NCBI GenBank assembly: GCA_905178155.1
Contig: CAJINV010000004.1
Location: 1,998,391 to 2,062,390 of the forward strand
Direction of reading: 5' to 3'
Source of the DNA: Amoebophrya sp. A120
Lineage: Eukaryota; Protista; Dinoflagellata
Length of the DNA: 64,000 nucleotides
Shown: positions 24,401-37,466 of the stretch, piece after piece
Layout of the letters: every line of letters starts with the position of its first letter
How positions within the stretch are numbered: position 1 is the first letter of the stretch
The notes under the pieces: generated by a model
The model's database searches: none
Told to the model about the DNA's origin: nothing
The model's input: only the letters and a program-made list of their open reading frames with translations
Position numbers and translations under genes: made by a program

Positions 24401-26998
24401 CTCCGCCAAGAGCTTCAGCGTTTCCAGCACGTTGAGTCCCCACTTGGCACTGATTTCTGTCAGGGCGCAGTTGAGTTCCTTCTTCAGCCTATCGAATGCA
24501 AACATGTCTTTGTCTGGGAGAGTGTGATGCTGTTTGAGCATGAGGCAGAGGGTCTGGCATGCAAAGCCTAGCATCACAGGTTGTGAGGAGGTGTAAGTAG
24601 CGATGCCTAATCCACATCACAAATCCCCTACTTCGGTACTGACAGGAAATGAGCAACTTATTTTGCAGCCTATGCATGACAGAATGTTGTGTGATCCGAA
24701 ATGCGCATCACAAGTTTACACGTTTCCAGACCCGGACATATTTGCAATCCATACAGCACCTCTGCTACGTCGTTGTACTGGGCGAAGCCGGACGTATCCT
24801 GTGCAAAAGTATCGCACTCGTATAAATGCAAGTCTTGCATTACAAATCTTGCTCTTAAGGAAAACCCGCATTACAAATTGTATTTCTCATGCTGAGGAAA
24901 TTTGTAATGCATTTATACGAGTACGATACTTTTGCATTGCATAGGACGCAAGGGCCAGCAAGTCGGCCTTGTTCCCTGCGACGATTCTTTTCGGGAACGT
25001 GCCGTATCAACTGTAAAAATGTCTGGGTCTGGAAGATTCTGAAACTTGTCATGCACGTTTTGCATGGGCCACGATGTCTGTGATGCATGCCCTAGCATCT
25101 CAGACTTTTTGAGGGCTTCGCGATACCTATTCCGCATGACAAATGCCTTCTCAGCGTAGCAAAAATTGCATTTCCTTTGCTACTCATGCAATACAGATTT
25201 TTTTTGGAATCCAAATGCAGCATCACAAGTTGCATTCTTCCAGACCCAGACAGTTTTACATTTGATATGCCGGGCGTTTGCCGGATTTTCTGTCCCTCCA
25301 GGATCGCGGCTCTCGAGGCGGTATCAACTGTAAAAATGTCTGGGTCTGGAAGAATTCATGTTTGTCATGCTTGTCTGGCATGACTCTTAAATCTGTCATG
25401 CACGTTACCCAAGAGCTCCGTTTTTCTGTGATGCAGAGCCGCAGTTTGTCATGCTGAATAGGCAACACCTAGGAGCTCAGAAACTTGTCATGCAGAGCCA
25501 GTATTCGTAGCCTCATCATGAGACGCCACCCAGCATCACAAGTTTCCAGACCCAGACATTTTTACTTTTGATAGGCGGCGGCGACGTGGTGACAACCGGC
25601 GTAGGCCTCGCGCGCCAACGGCTCCCGTATGCTGGGGTGCTCAAGCGTTAATACGTTCCCAGCTGTTACGTAAATTTGTGATGTGCTCTACCATTGATTT
25701 AGGAAAAGTGAAAGGGGAAACCTTGCGCGGCTCCTAATACTCATTTGACGCGGCAAATAATCATAACTCCCTCCGTGAAAATAAAACGACTTCGAGAATT
25801 TGTCATGCGAAGTAGCCGTGTGGCCGCTGCACTGGTTCGTTCTCGTACTGTACTCGTTGTAATTTTTTTGCATGACAATGACAAATCTTGTGACAGCAAA
25901 CCATGTACACGTTTGAGACCAGTCTCATATCCCACATGGTGAGAATGTGCTCGAAGGACTCGTCTACGAGCAGATCGTACAAGTACAGGATCCTGCATGC
26001 TAATGCACAACTCCCCCTCTCCCTCATTTGTCATGCGAAGAGCCAAATTCTGTGTTGGCCTTTTGGCGATACTTGCATGGGAAGCTCTGCTCCAACAAGA
26101 AGAAGCCCGAGGTGCACTACGGTTCTTCGGGCACAAAGAGTTTGTCAGGCGAAAGTGCCATCTTGTTCCCTCGGGTTGTTTATTTCTGTTGCACCAAATA
26201 AAACGAATGCATTTATTCAGATGAACGCTGAGGGGGAGGAGCTGAGTTCACTATCATATTCCGTGCGGCGGCTCCTGCACCCCTACCTCGTTCGCCGAAC
26301 TTGAGCCCCCACCGCCGCTGCCGGACGCGGCGGTAGTCCTTGCTCCGGTGCTGCCAAAGACCTGGGCCCCGTACGATGATGTGGACGCAGCTGCTCCCCC
26401 TGCAGCGGCCGTCCCTCCGGTGGTCACAGTATCTTCCAGCAGCAGCTCCACCTCGACCCCGCTATCGAGTTTCACCACGACTACCTGCGTTTCCTCGGAA
26501 TGGGCCGCCATCTCCGCGAGGTCCTTGGCTGTGGTGGGAAGGTAATGCTCGGGAAAAAAGTCGCGGACGGCACGGCTATGCAGTTGAAACATTAGATATG
26601 TCTGAATCTGGATTTCGATTTTTTGTCAGGTCTTCATCTACGAAAATGCATCTTTAAATAGGTGTCGCCACCTTGTTGTTTCTCGTCGTCGTGCTGGATG
26701 TTCTTGCCAGTAGTTGGTCGTGCGTTCTTTTACGAGAAATGGAACTGCAATTATGAGTAGCCTGGAAGCACTTCTGGTACTGCCATGCGGTACAACAAGC
26801 GGCTACGTACTCTGGCACGATTCGTATCCGAGTACTATCAGCAACACAAATTTTCAGACCCAGACATGATGAAATTTGCAATGCATAACGGCTGAGAAAC
26901 GCCGATTTGCCGGTCTTCGCATCGCCGACCAGCAGGATGCGGTAGCGGTCCCGCAACTGGCGTAGCGGTCCCGCAGCAGAGGAGGAGGACGATGCCAT
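18418..26998 (-). CDS. Fusion: N-terminal Rab/Ras-like small GTPase domain plus selenocysteine lyase / NifS-type cysteine desulfurase
   Basis: GTPase part: [46 protein letters not shown] phase-2 GT-AG intron at 24090-24305 joins it in frame to [56 protein letters not shown] and SAGAACHS. Confidence 0.85.
22075..22433. mobile_element. Introner, family A
   Basis: TIR TATCAACTGTAAAACTGTCTGGGTCTG...CCAGACATTTTTACATTTGATA; CCGCT direct repeats. Confidence 0.9.
23665..23993. mobile_element. Introner, family C (TATCCAGAGTAAAAACGTCCCCACCCC type)
   Basis: Splits the YNGTT|PVD motif; direct repeat GGCGC/GGTGT. Confidence 0.85.
24490..25573. mobile_element. Four consecutive introners (24490-24753 A, 24795-24943 B, 25005-25267 A, 25322-25573 A) separated by micro-exons
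   Basis: Direct repeats CAGCC/CAGCA, GGACG, TGCCG and GGCGG. Removal restores the GTPase G4/G5 region. Confidence 0.9.
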
Positions 26999-29011
26999 GT
27001 CAGTGTTGCATCACAACTTTTGATCTATGATAGTATGTCCTCTTCGGTTCAGATTTACAGCGCATTCACTTCGTACTTCAGCTCGATGAAAATAAATAAA
27101 TAAAATGCAGACTTAATATACAAAGATAGGTACAGGCAGTTCACTGTCCATCGTGTTCAAAAACTGGTCACTACCATCATAGCTTCATCGCTCCCTGAGT
27201 ACTTCTAAATAACGGTAAGGTACCAAAACGAAATCAAAATCGCTACCGTCTCCTTCAGGAAGAGGCGTAGGCCAACGTCTGGGCTGCACCTCGTCTGTGG
27301 GATCTACTTACTTCGTGAGAGCACTACAGTGGTACGGCTTCACTTCCTCTACTCGTCACTCTCCCTCTCGTCTTGTACTACAACTTATCAGGGGTAGGGG
27401 AAAACTATATTGAATTTTTCGGATCCTTCGTTTGCAACTGGCACTGGACAGATAGTGAGATTCGCACATGTTTGTTCACACGAAGACGAAATACGTAATA
27501 CGTACTAAGTACGCCTCGCGCTCGCCATGATCTCAAAGCGGAGAGAGAAAACACCCGAGAAGAAAAATCCCAGGTCGACATGCTGGTTCCTATGGAACCA
27601 CTGCGGCCTTCGACAGTCGCTTCATCGTGTCGGTCCAGCCAGGACATGATTCGTTCATCCTTTTCTCTCTGGATGTCATCTCAAAATGATCGCAACATTC
27701 CTCGGCGGTCGCGTTCGTTATTTTGTCCAACGAAAAGAAGTCCTGCAGTGCTGTTGAAGTAGGTTCCATTTGGAGGTCCTCGAGGATCAAAAAGCGCGAC
27801 AATTTCAAAAATTCATCGGGGCAGGGGAGGGGGCAGCAAGGGTTTTGTGGAGGGGCGGGATGACCTGTGTTAGTTGTAAAGATGCCTGGTGGCCGCAGGA
27901 GCGCTACCTAGTAGTTTTTCAACAAATATCTGCTTCTGGCGCGGACAGATTCTACTTGTTGTTCGTTGTGTACTGCCTGTACTAGTCCCTTCTAATTTTG
28001 TCGTTTGCTTCTGTTGTCTTCTAAATATCTTCCCCCGGACATAAAGAATACTTTTTGTACATGAAAAAACCTCGACGTCGGTCAAGGAACCGTTCCATAG
28101 TAGTACCCACACGGATCATGACCAACACGGATGACCACAGCTGCGACTGGACAGCGGTGGGATGATGGTGCCCAAAGGCAAAGTAGATACAGATTCACAT
28201 TATTCAAGTTTCAAAGTGTAATACAAGAAAGAAAGAGCCACTACTCTTTACAACTTCTCTTATAGTGAGGGCTGCAACGAAAAAGCTTTTCTAGGCAAGC
28301 CAATTGTGCTTTAATATTTGCGTGATAAATACAGTGGGTACAAGGAACAAAAGCAATCGGAAGATCTCCTGTTGAAAACAAGATTTGCTGTGGACAAGAA
28401 GTGTGGCGTGAATAATCATCCGGCAAAAAACAGGAGGTCGCTTCGTAGTATTTTATATTTATTTCATCCTTCCAGCAGACAAAAATAGAGCAATTGGAGT
28501 CGCTCTTGCCTTCCTGCTTTTTCATCTTCTTCGAAAGTAAGCAAGTGTAGAAAATGCTTTCAGAAGGTTGTAATCTAGGAGGTTGTTCATACGTCGCTGT
28601 GGATAGTGGCAGGCTACGTAACCTGCAGCTCCACGTGACGACCAAGTGACCTTGTTTTTTTCATAGCACACAGCAGCACCAGGCAATCTAAATTTCCAAC
28701 GCCGCTACATTCTTGTACAATTATATCAAGTCCTGTTTATTTAGGGTAGAAAACAACTTTGCATCACATTCAGTCCGTCGACGTTGACATTTTTTGTTCA
28801 GGAGAAAGAACTGGAGCCGGCTACTAACTAAAGGTCGAGGACAAAGATGTTGTGATTGTGTAAAAGAAGATATATAAAAGTCAAAGCTTCCTGCCGTAAG
28901 AGGAGGGGGCAACAGAGGAAGGAGTAGTCGCATCAAGTAAGTACTAGAGAAGGTGTTCATCAGAACTTTTTGTCGTCTCGACAGGCGCTCAACATCAGAT
29001 CTTGATGTTTT

Positions 29012-32000
29012 TTACCGCTTCAAGTAGTTCGACAGCATGTCTTTCATCTTTTCCGCGTATCAAATGCAAAAGTGTCTGGGTCTGGAAGAATGCAAGATTT
29101 GTCATGCATATTTCTCATGTCCCATGATACCTGTAATGCTTGAACTAGCATCACAGATTTTTAGAGGGCTCCCTGATGCACCTTCCGCATGAGAAATGGC
29201 CTGTCTGTGTAGCAAAAGCTGTGCCCATCTTGCTGGCCAGGCAATACAAATTTTTTTAGAGTCCAAAAACAGCACGACAAGTTGCAATCTTCCCGACCCA
29301 GACATTTTTACATTTGATACCGCGCCCTGCCTTGCCATCTCCTGTCCCTTGTCCATGTACTGCGCCAGTTTGTCGCTGCCTTGCGATATACACTGCAAAA
29401 GCACCGCACTAGTATAAATTGCAACACAAAGTAGCTCAGCATTACAAATTGAATTTGTAATGCGGATTTCTTTGCCTTAAGTCAAAGATTTGTAATGCAT
29501 AAAAGCAATTAGTACGAGTACGATACTTTTGCACAGGATATGCGACCGCGGCTCTGCCTCGTCCTGCCCGAAGAGCGCCGCCGATCCGAACGCGGTCTTG
29601 TTTCGGAAGAAGGGGTCGGCGCTCGCTATCAAATGCAAATACGACTGGAAACTTGTGATGCATGTCAATGAATGATGAAAGCGCACTGTAATGCATCGCG
29701 AAGCACTACAGATCTTATTTTCGATTTCGTGGCTCTGTATTGTGCATTCTGCATGAGAAAGAACTGCGTTTATTCCGCATTACAGACAGGAGGAATTCTT
29801 CGTGACCACGCAATACAGAGCGCGGAGGCGTGCCAGACTAGCATGACAAACTCCCCAAATCTTCAAGACCCAGACATATTTGCAATGCATACTCGCCTGC
29901 GGAGCCCCATTGGAGACCGCGCCGTTGGAAAAGAGGTCGTCGGACCTGAGGGTTGCGTGGTTTGTTCATTTTTTTGTAGATATTAATTTGCTTTGTCTCT
30001 GCCCCAGCACGCGAGGAACATAATAAAAACAATAGGTACTTAACTCTTGGTACTTATTCTATCATGTTTTTCTGCATGGTCCCTCGCGCCGTCAACAGTC
30101 AAACAACATTTACAGAAAGCAACGGAAAAAAGTAAGTACCCGAACCCCTTTTTCTGGCTGAGTTGCGCGGAAACAGCGACTGGTGCCGGTGGCGCAGCTG
30201 CAGTTGATATGCACAGCAAATACTTCGTCAACAGTGTATGGAGCGTTTCTTGCAAGGGATTTTTAAGATAGCTTGGGTAGTTCTTGCACCACGCTGTGCG
30301 AATTATACCTCTTTGATGCATTACATTGGCAATAGAGCACGGAAGATGCAAGCAGATCAACGCTGTAGTTGGAGGTGGTGCAGCTACCACTTGTAGCAGT
30401 GTCGTGGTGACGCAGGAGACATCCACGGTTTCGTTAGATTTTATTCCATTTATTCCATGCAGCACTTTGATGCGCCAGAGCAGTAAGCCTGCCTACTCCA
30501 GATCAGATCCACAGTACGAGATACTTGCTTTCCATAGCTGGCGCGCCGAACCCAAACACCTGGGGCTTACTCGTGTATCCGGCAGAAAAAAGAAATTGCG
30601 CCAGTTCTTGTGTAACCAGTTTGTTTTGCACGACGATGCCAGATGACACTTAAATCAATACAATAAGCTAAAATAATTCTCGTCCTCGAAGTGGTACATA
30701 TGTACGAGTTTCGCAGCGACACCACGTACTTTGTAGCCACGGTATGTTGTTCATGCCGCTCCCACTAGCTGTTCACTTGGATTTGCTTTCCCGGATTGAA
30801 TTCGTCATCTGGAGTTTTCTTCGCAGAACAAAATTGTAATGCTGTAGCTGTACAGCAACTGCTGTAAACAAGTATACATACACGACTAGACGCACTTTTT
30901 TTCCCTGGATACTATCTCCTGGTCGGCCACTGTTTGAGCCTGTATTGGGACGGGACGTATGCCCTGCAAAAATTGCCCCGCGGACTTCGAGAGCGCGTAC
31001 TTTATTCTACGAGAATGCTGTCATCCGTGCCAGTAACTAAGTTGTCATTGTCGCCATCATAAATATATCCAATCAAGTATTCTTGTGGAGTTATTAACTT
31101 TGTCGTAATCACGCGACTGCACTAGCTTTGTCAAAGTATCATGCAAAATTTTGTCTTGCACTACACATTGATACTTCCGTGCGTGTAGAAATAGTTCTTG
31201 CGCTGGTCTCGTAAGTGATTTTTGCAGTGCATAAGCGCTGGCGTGGAGTCCGGCAGTCCATATGTGGCTTCGACAGGCCTGGAGTCCAAAACTTTGGTCT
31301 CTATCGGTTTTGTCGCTTCCTGTAACAATGTAGTTGAGGAATCCAGAAGGAAACTAAAGACGTAGATGAGCAAGGTACTTAGTTAGTTGCTCTGTCATTT
31401 CCTTGGCCTGGAATCGGAATCCGAATCGTGATCAAAAATCAATCATCAGCCATAATGATGATCAGTATCAGTATCAGTATAACGCATTATCCTGTTTCCG
31501 ATTCAACTTCTCTTTCAACTCGATGGAATCGTGGATGTGCGTGCATTACTATCATTGGTCTTTCTCCCAAGGGGTGGGGGTTCGTTAACGGGCTCGTTAG
31601 CGCAGGACGATGATCTTACACAACCCATTCTTGATACGTAGTACCGCATGACACAGCAACATCCCTGGCGTATCAACTGGACCGCCAGGCAGAAGCTGAA
31701 GCATATTTTCTTTTTTTATAGTTGTACTTTATAATTTTTCTACCTGTTCGAAAAAGTCGAAGTCGAAATCGTCCGCGAGTTCCGTTGCTTATGCATTGCA
31801 AATATGTCTGCGTCTGGAAGATTGCCAAGCCCAGGCTTGTCATGCATATTTTGCATGACCCATGATTGTCTGGGATTTATGCCCTAGCATCACAGATTTT
31901 TAGAACCCTTCCTGATGCCCATTCTGCATGAGAAATGCGCTCCCCGCGTTGCACAAAGAACTGGACTCCACTTATTGCTGGCCCTGCAAAAATGCAGATT

Positions 32001-35000
32001 TTTTTAGAGTCCAAAGACAGCATCACAAGTTCCGACCTTCCAGACATCCAGACATACTTGCAATTGATATTGCTTTCGCTGTGGCGATTTTGCCTCCGCC
32101 ACTGGCCGCGAAGTGCGTGGTTTCCGTCGCTAGTGTGGGTTGGTGGTCGCTGACGTGGGAGGAGGTTCTCCCGGGCGGGAGACTCATGGTCGACAACACC
32201 GGCGCAGCCTGGGCAGCTGTGCCAGTGCCACCTCCCGGAGGGCCGTTTTGGCTATCCGTTATCCCCACGGCAGGTTTGTTGAAGCCTTTGAAGGGCCTAT
32301 CCTGTGCAAAAACGACACGCGTGCTTACTACAATCCAGCACGAACAACCGATGGCCAAGTTCGAGGTCCACCCCGTGTGAGGTACTCAAGTCTTGGAACA
32401 AGATTTGGAAGGATTTGTTCTGCGGTCCTCTTCACCCAATGACAACTCTCCTTCTCAACATATTAGTCGTAGTATAATTCTTGACCATGACAAAGAGTAT
32501 TTTCACAAACGACTACTAGTAGAAGCCGCCCTGCATTTCAGAAGGCGCGTGCGGGAGATGCGCTGAGCGTTCAAACCTGCATGCCAACGCTGGGGCGCTG
32601 GGGACATCTTCGAGATTTTTTCTGCACAGGATAGAGCTCGTTCGCCAATTCGTTGGCCGTTGGTGTGTTCTCCGCCGAGAGTATCCAAAGGAAAGCTCCC
32701 CCCTCCCCATATCAAAACGAAATTTCTGATGCCGGGTTTGGATACGCAAATCAAATTTGTGTCGCAGAAGAGGAACGCACGCAGATCTTGAGCCTAGGAG
32801 GCGGCCTTTTGGTGTAGGCGCCTAGCATGGTAGACGGCTACCCTGTAGGCCGTACACCATTACAAATCGCCTGCATAACGGGGCGGACAGCCTGAGTGTG
32901 CCTTGTTGCAAGACAGACCCGATTTGTGATCACAAATCTGCATGACAAATTTTCAGAAGGATGCGTTTTCAGCATGGGGAGGGGGGATTTTTCCTTTTGA
33001 TAGAGAGGGGCTTCGTGCTGGAGTCGGTCAGCGCTGTGGAGATCATTGGTGGGGGCTGTGTCTGTTGCCCGGGCTGCGGGAACGTGGAGCTTGTCGCGGG
33101 CTCGAAGCTCGAGGTGGGTGGGGAGGGGCCGCCGGCCGCCGCATATGGAAGTGAGCAAATTTCCCTCCCTTTCGTTGGAAGGGATGAACAGCAACAGAGA
33201 TCAGGGCAGAAACAAATGTAGCTTCTGCACGACGAATATTCGCGCAGACTGTAGTACTGTATGGGTTCATTCCCACTTTGTCATGCAAGATAGCGTGCTG
33301 ACGCAGCAGCTGGAGTTTCGTTTTTGCATGACAAATGAGGGGGAGGGGAAGTTGTGCACTCTCATACCGCAGCTGCAGCAGCGACTTGTATACCCAGCGC
33401 CTGCAGGGGCGTATTGAGTGATTGAGTGTAAAAATTTTTATGGGCTCACGTTGATGTTAACCTCCCAGGATCATATCTTCAAACTAGATTGTTCAGAAAC
33501 TGAAAGTGAAACAGTACCAACATTATAATTTCACTCACCTTGCATTGCGTGTGCGTTTCCTTTTCCAGCTGCTGGCGATACTTTCGGGTATGCAAGGAAA
33601 AAGAGAGGTCGTGCACTGAAAGAACTTCTTCTGCCTTTGCAAAACCCTTCTACCACACGGACTCTTAGCTTCTTTCGAATATGGACCAGCATGATGACGG
33701 ATTACGACTCAATAGCACTGCTTCAGTACTGATAGATACTACACAGAAAAATTCAGCGCATGGAAGTACTTCTACCAGGAGGTACATCTTCATTTCTGGA
33801 ACGAGTACGAGAACTTACATACTTACTATTCTCTACGGCAGAAGTTGTTCAACACACCTCCCCCGCGCAGTTGGTTTCTTGCTCGGATACAGAGTGCTTT
33901 TGTCGTAGTAGTCGCACTGTGTTGTGTTGTGTTCTTGATCATGTGTACTAAAACTCACAATTGCTGGAAGGACTTGAGCTCCGAATCCTCTTGAAGTAAT
34001 ATCTTATCCATGAGCAGCAAGAAAAGTTACACACTTTCTCAGTGAACAATTTTGCAAACCGAATGACCATAGGTGTTGTGCCAAAACTATACCTTCCTGC
34101 CGCTGCCATCGGCATCTTTCCTCTTCCCCTCGATGCCGATGGATTTTAGATAGCTCCGCGCCTTTCCGTATCCGGTGTAAAAACGTGCTTACCCACCCTA
34201 TTGTCAAAGTGGGATTTCTGCAAGACAACCTCATGAGGTTTGGGACGGAGGAGTCACGCGTGACAAAATGATCCGGTCCGTCGTGCAGTACTGACGAGCA
34301 AGCGCATTGCGAAGGAGCCATCTGCTTATCTTATTTACAGCATTACGCATTTTCTAAAACGTTCAAACATGGGGACGCAGCGCATCACAAATGTTCAGTC
34401 CCTGTAGATGCAAATCTGCATGACCAGCACAACTCTGGCGTGGGTACTCCTAGTTTTTGTCCAGGATATTCCGTTTCCGCCCACAATCATCTGCACCAAT
34501 TGCTCCTTGGTGAAGCTGTCCAGCTCAACACTCCGCACAAAACTTATGTGCACCCCCATGCGGCGGTGCTCCCCAGAGCAGACGAGGCACACGTAGCACC
34601 TGGTGTGAGCAAAATTCCAGTCTTTTTCCATGAACTCAATGAACTGGCTCCTGCCCTTCACGTGTAATATTTGTCACATTGATCTCCAAAAAAACGAAAC
34701 GAGTCCTGATAGCGGGAAAGAAATTATCACCATACGTATCATCAAACTTTCGGTGATGTAGTTATCCTCCTGTGCCGATAGTACAGTGCCATGCATGACC
34801 TTCAAAAGCCGGCGCATGGGATGTGAAGATTTTCTTGAACGTAGCAAGCACCAAATAGTCCTCCTTACCCATGGCTGAGCGAGAGCCAGGTCGGATTTCT
34901 CGCCGGGCAGTCGAAGCAGGTGCGGTTTTCTTGTCTTGCCCTTAACTTCCGGAAGATCTGGGTGCGAAGCTCGTCGGGCACGTAACCCTTCTTGTGTATG

Positions 35001-35421
35001 GAACAGAAGAAAAATGATCCCGACGCGTTGAGTTTTGGTTATCTTCTTCTTCATGCCCCTTGTTCGCACAGCTATTATCTGCGGCGCAGCAGAAGTACCA
35101 CCTCTGTTCAACGATTTCTATTAACAGCATGACGTCAAGCTTGGTCGCTCGTTGCTGCAAAAAAATTCTACTTTCATCCTCTTGTTGTACTAACTCATGC
35201 TTTGATGCCACTTGTGCTTGTCCACCTAGCAAAGGCAAAGTCGGGACGCGGCTCGTGGGTGCAAGAAAAGTAGGTGTCGTGGTACAAGAAGTGGTGAAAT
35301 GGGACTCATCCAGTCCAACGGTCGTCGTGCATTTTCTTTCATCTCGCATACCATTGACAGTCGCGTTTTCCACTTCCGTGAGCAGCAAATTGTTTTCCGC
35401 GTCGTGCGCGCCCATTGCCAT
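29012..35421 (-). CDS. ARFGAP2: ADP-ribosylation factor GTPase-activating protein, ArfGAP2/3 (Glo3) type
   Basis: [29 protein letters not shown]|[29 protein letters not shown] (zinc finger with catalytic Arg). C-terminal Glo3 motifs KKGFGSDDLF and [11 protein letters not shown], ending [12 protein letters not shown]. Confidence 0.9.
29058..29891. mobile_element. Three consecutive introners (29058-29319 A, 29387-29540 B, 29627-29891 A)
   Basis: Perfect 5-bp direct repeats CCGCG, TGCGA and CTCGC. Confidence 0.9.
31790..32069. mobile_element. Introner, family A
   Basis: TTGCT direct repeats; interior homologous to 25005-25267 and 29058-29319. Confidence 0.9.
32682..33002. mobile_element. Introner, family E (…CCCCCTCCCCATA / ATGGGGAGGGGGG…TTTTGATA)
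   Basis: GAGAG direct repeats; related to 42475-42799. Confidence 0.85.
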
Positions 35422-35502
35422 TTTCCTCGGGTGCAGCAGCAACGAGACACGCAGAGATCGTTCCGAGAACCGCAAAAATCTTGCACCTCGCTACCGTCCG
35501 TA

Positions 35503-36647
35503 GTTGCAGCGGCGTGATTCTATCTATTGACTCCGAGGACTGCTGGTCATTTCTACTGCACTTTGATGTTCATTGTCTTTCCCCAGCTATATAAATCGCC
35601 GCGGCGTGGACAAATTTCTTTAGGATTTCGTCGCAAGCCTCCCCTATAGTGATCAGGCGACATGTATCTTCGTGTACCGAATACCCTCCGACCTAATGAA
35701 TGAATATATGTACCAAATACCTCCCGAGAGTCAGAACAAGCGAGCAGGCGCTCTTGGCCTTGATTAGGCATACCCGCAAACGTTTTAAGAATGCACGCAA
35801 TCCCAAAGTCGGCCACTACCGCAAGAGTTTTCCCCTCAGCGAGCTTCTTGTACAAGATGTTTTCGGGCTTGATGTCTCGGCTGCACCGGGACGCAGGGTC
35901 GGGGAGCATACTGGATGTGGAAACGCGAAGTTTCTATACATCGGGTCAAAAAAACAGCCCTAAGCTACAACCTTGAAACCCCAGCATCGACCCTATCTGC
36001 GCCAGTCACGTTGCAGGGGCGTGCGGACTACTGGAGAAGATGTGGCGTCGCATTACTGAAATGGAGAAGATCCACTGTAGCTGCGCTGGCCACGGTGCAT
36101 GGAGATGCGGATTACTGGAAGGAGAAAGATGCATCTTCGCCCAGGAGAGGTGGCTAGATGGAAGGAGAGAGGTGGCGAAACACATTTTACACGAAGAAAG
36201 ACAAAAAGCCTGCTTGATGGTGCCAGTTTTTTAAAGAAGGAGAAGGTGAAAGGGGGACTCAAGGAAAGCGATCAAAGAACCTGTAAGACATACGAACGGA
36301 AGTCCACGGCGTGCGCACTCCCTGATCTTCTAAAGCTTCCGACGCCAAGCTGAAAAATTGAGATCAGGGTGTTGAGCGAATACTTCCGCACTCGATAAAC
36401 GCCCGTCCTCGTTAATCTGCTTTGCTTACTTCGCGCCAGTGTGTGAGTCGCAAAGATCCTCCCGCAGGCATTACTGACACCCAAGGAAAACCACAATCGC
36501 CTGGCTTGCCTAGTGCACTGCATCAACACGGTGCCAGATTTGCTGAGAGACTGGCACAAACTAATTATTTCCCCCATCTATTGCAGCGGCGTGATTCTAT
36601 CTATTGACTCCGAGGACTGCTGGTCATTTCAGCACTTTAATGTTCAT
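35503..36647. repeat. ~65-70 bp direct duplication (35503-35573 and 36581-36647)
   Basis: ttgcagcggcgtgattctatctattgactccgaggactgctggtcatttc...gcacttt.atgttcat is present twice. Confidence 0.9.
35553..35930 (-). pseudogene. Protein kinase fragment (subdomains VIb-IX)
   Basis: RDIKPEN, VADFG, GTRRYMSP, GDLYSWG. The HRD motif appears broken by an extra base (GTG CAG C CGA GAC), there is an early stop, and no N-lobe was found. Confidence 0.65.
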
Positions 36648-37466
36648 GTGCGCGGCTGAATTTGCTACTGAATGCTCGAGCTAATTAGGCAAAAATAAAA
36701 TTAGTATCTTTTAATTAAGAAGTACACATCAAAGCCACCACTCAGAAAAGAAAAGGGGCTGCAACAAATCTCGAAAGTGATTGAAAAAGAAGCCACCCCA
36801 AGATCTTAAATCGTTGGCCGCTGATGAATAAAGACATCCTCAAGAATCTAAACTTCTTTCTGTCGCTCGTAGAATAGTACTTAAGTTGTACTATACGACT
36901 TCAACAATTCATCGTCACATATTTCGGATATGGAATTTTCATTTCAAGAAGAGGAGAGAACCGTCCACCTGGATAGTTTTCGCTTCTCATTTTGATGCAC
37001 TCAAAAGATTGTCCGACGCTGTGGACCTCGGCAGGTTCTTGAGAACATCATGACGGTGAATATTAAAGGACTCCCAGGTCGCTCTCGATTTTTTCCAGAT
37101 CTTACCTTTGAATTTTTTAACAGGTGTCCGGGGACAAGGAGTATAATATATTGCCACTTGCCCTTGCGATAAGTCATCTACAATCATTTACGCACCCCGA
37201 CCTGTGAGGCTGATGAGGGACTCACAGAAAACATTTTGCAAAAGAATATGGACATATTTTGTACCGAAGTGCTGTTCCAGCTTTGAGTGCAGTTTGTGAT
37301 GCGAAACCAAGGGCAAGGCCTAGTAGGTATAATAAAAAGTCGGTGCGTAAAATTCCAAAAAATGCCGTACTTTAACAAACTATTTTTCAACATCGACATC
37401 TTTGGTTTGAGTCATAAATTATTGTCCACATAGCGATTATACCGATATTCGTGTGTCATCAAATCT

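Noticed and set aside
24490-25573. Recurring ~30-nt sequence (AAATGTCTGGGTCTGGAA) with unique spacers, superficially CRISPR-like
   Set aside because: Copies alternate in orientation, are irregularly spaced and pair as TIRs with 5-bp duplications. The 'spacers' are exons, and there are no cas genes.
27405-28960. Short ORFs between the GTPase-lyase and ArfGAP genes (e.g. 27590..27808)
   Set aside because: No motif or coherent exon chain could be built. A small gene is possible but unsupported.
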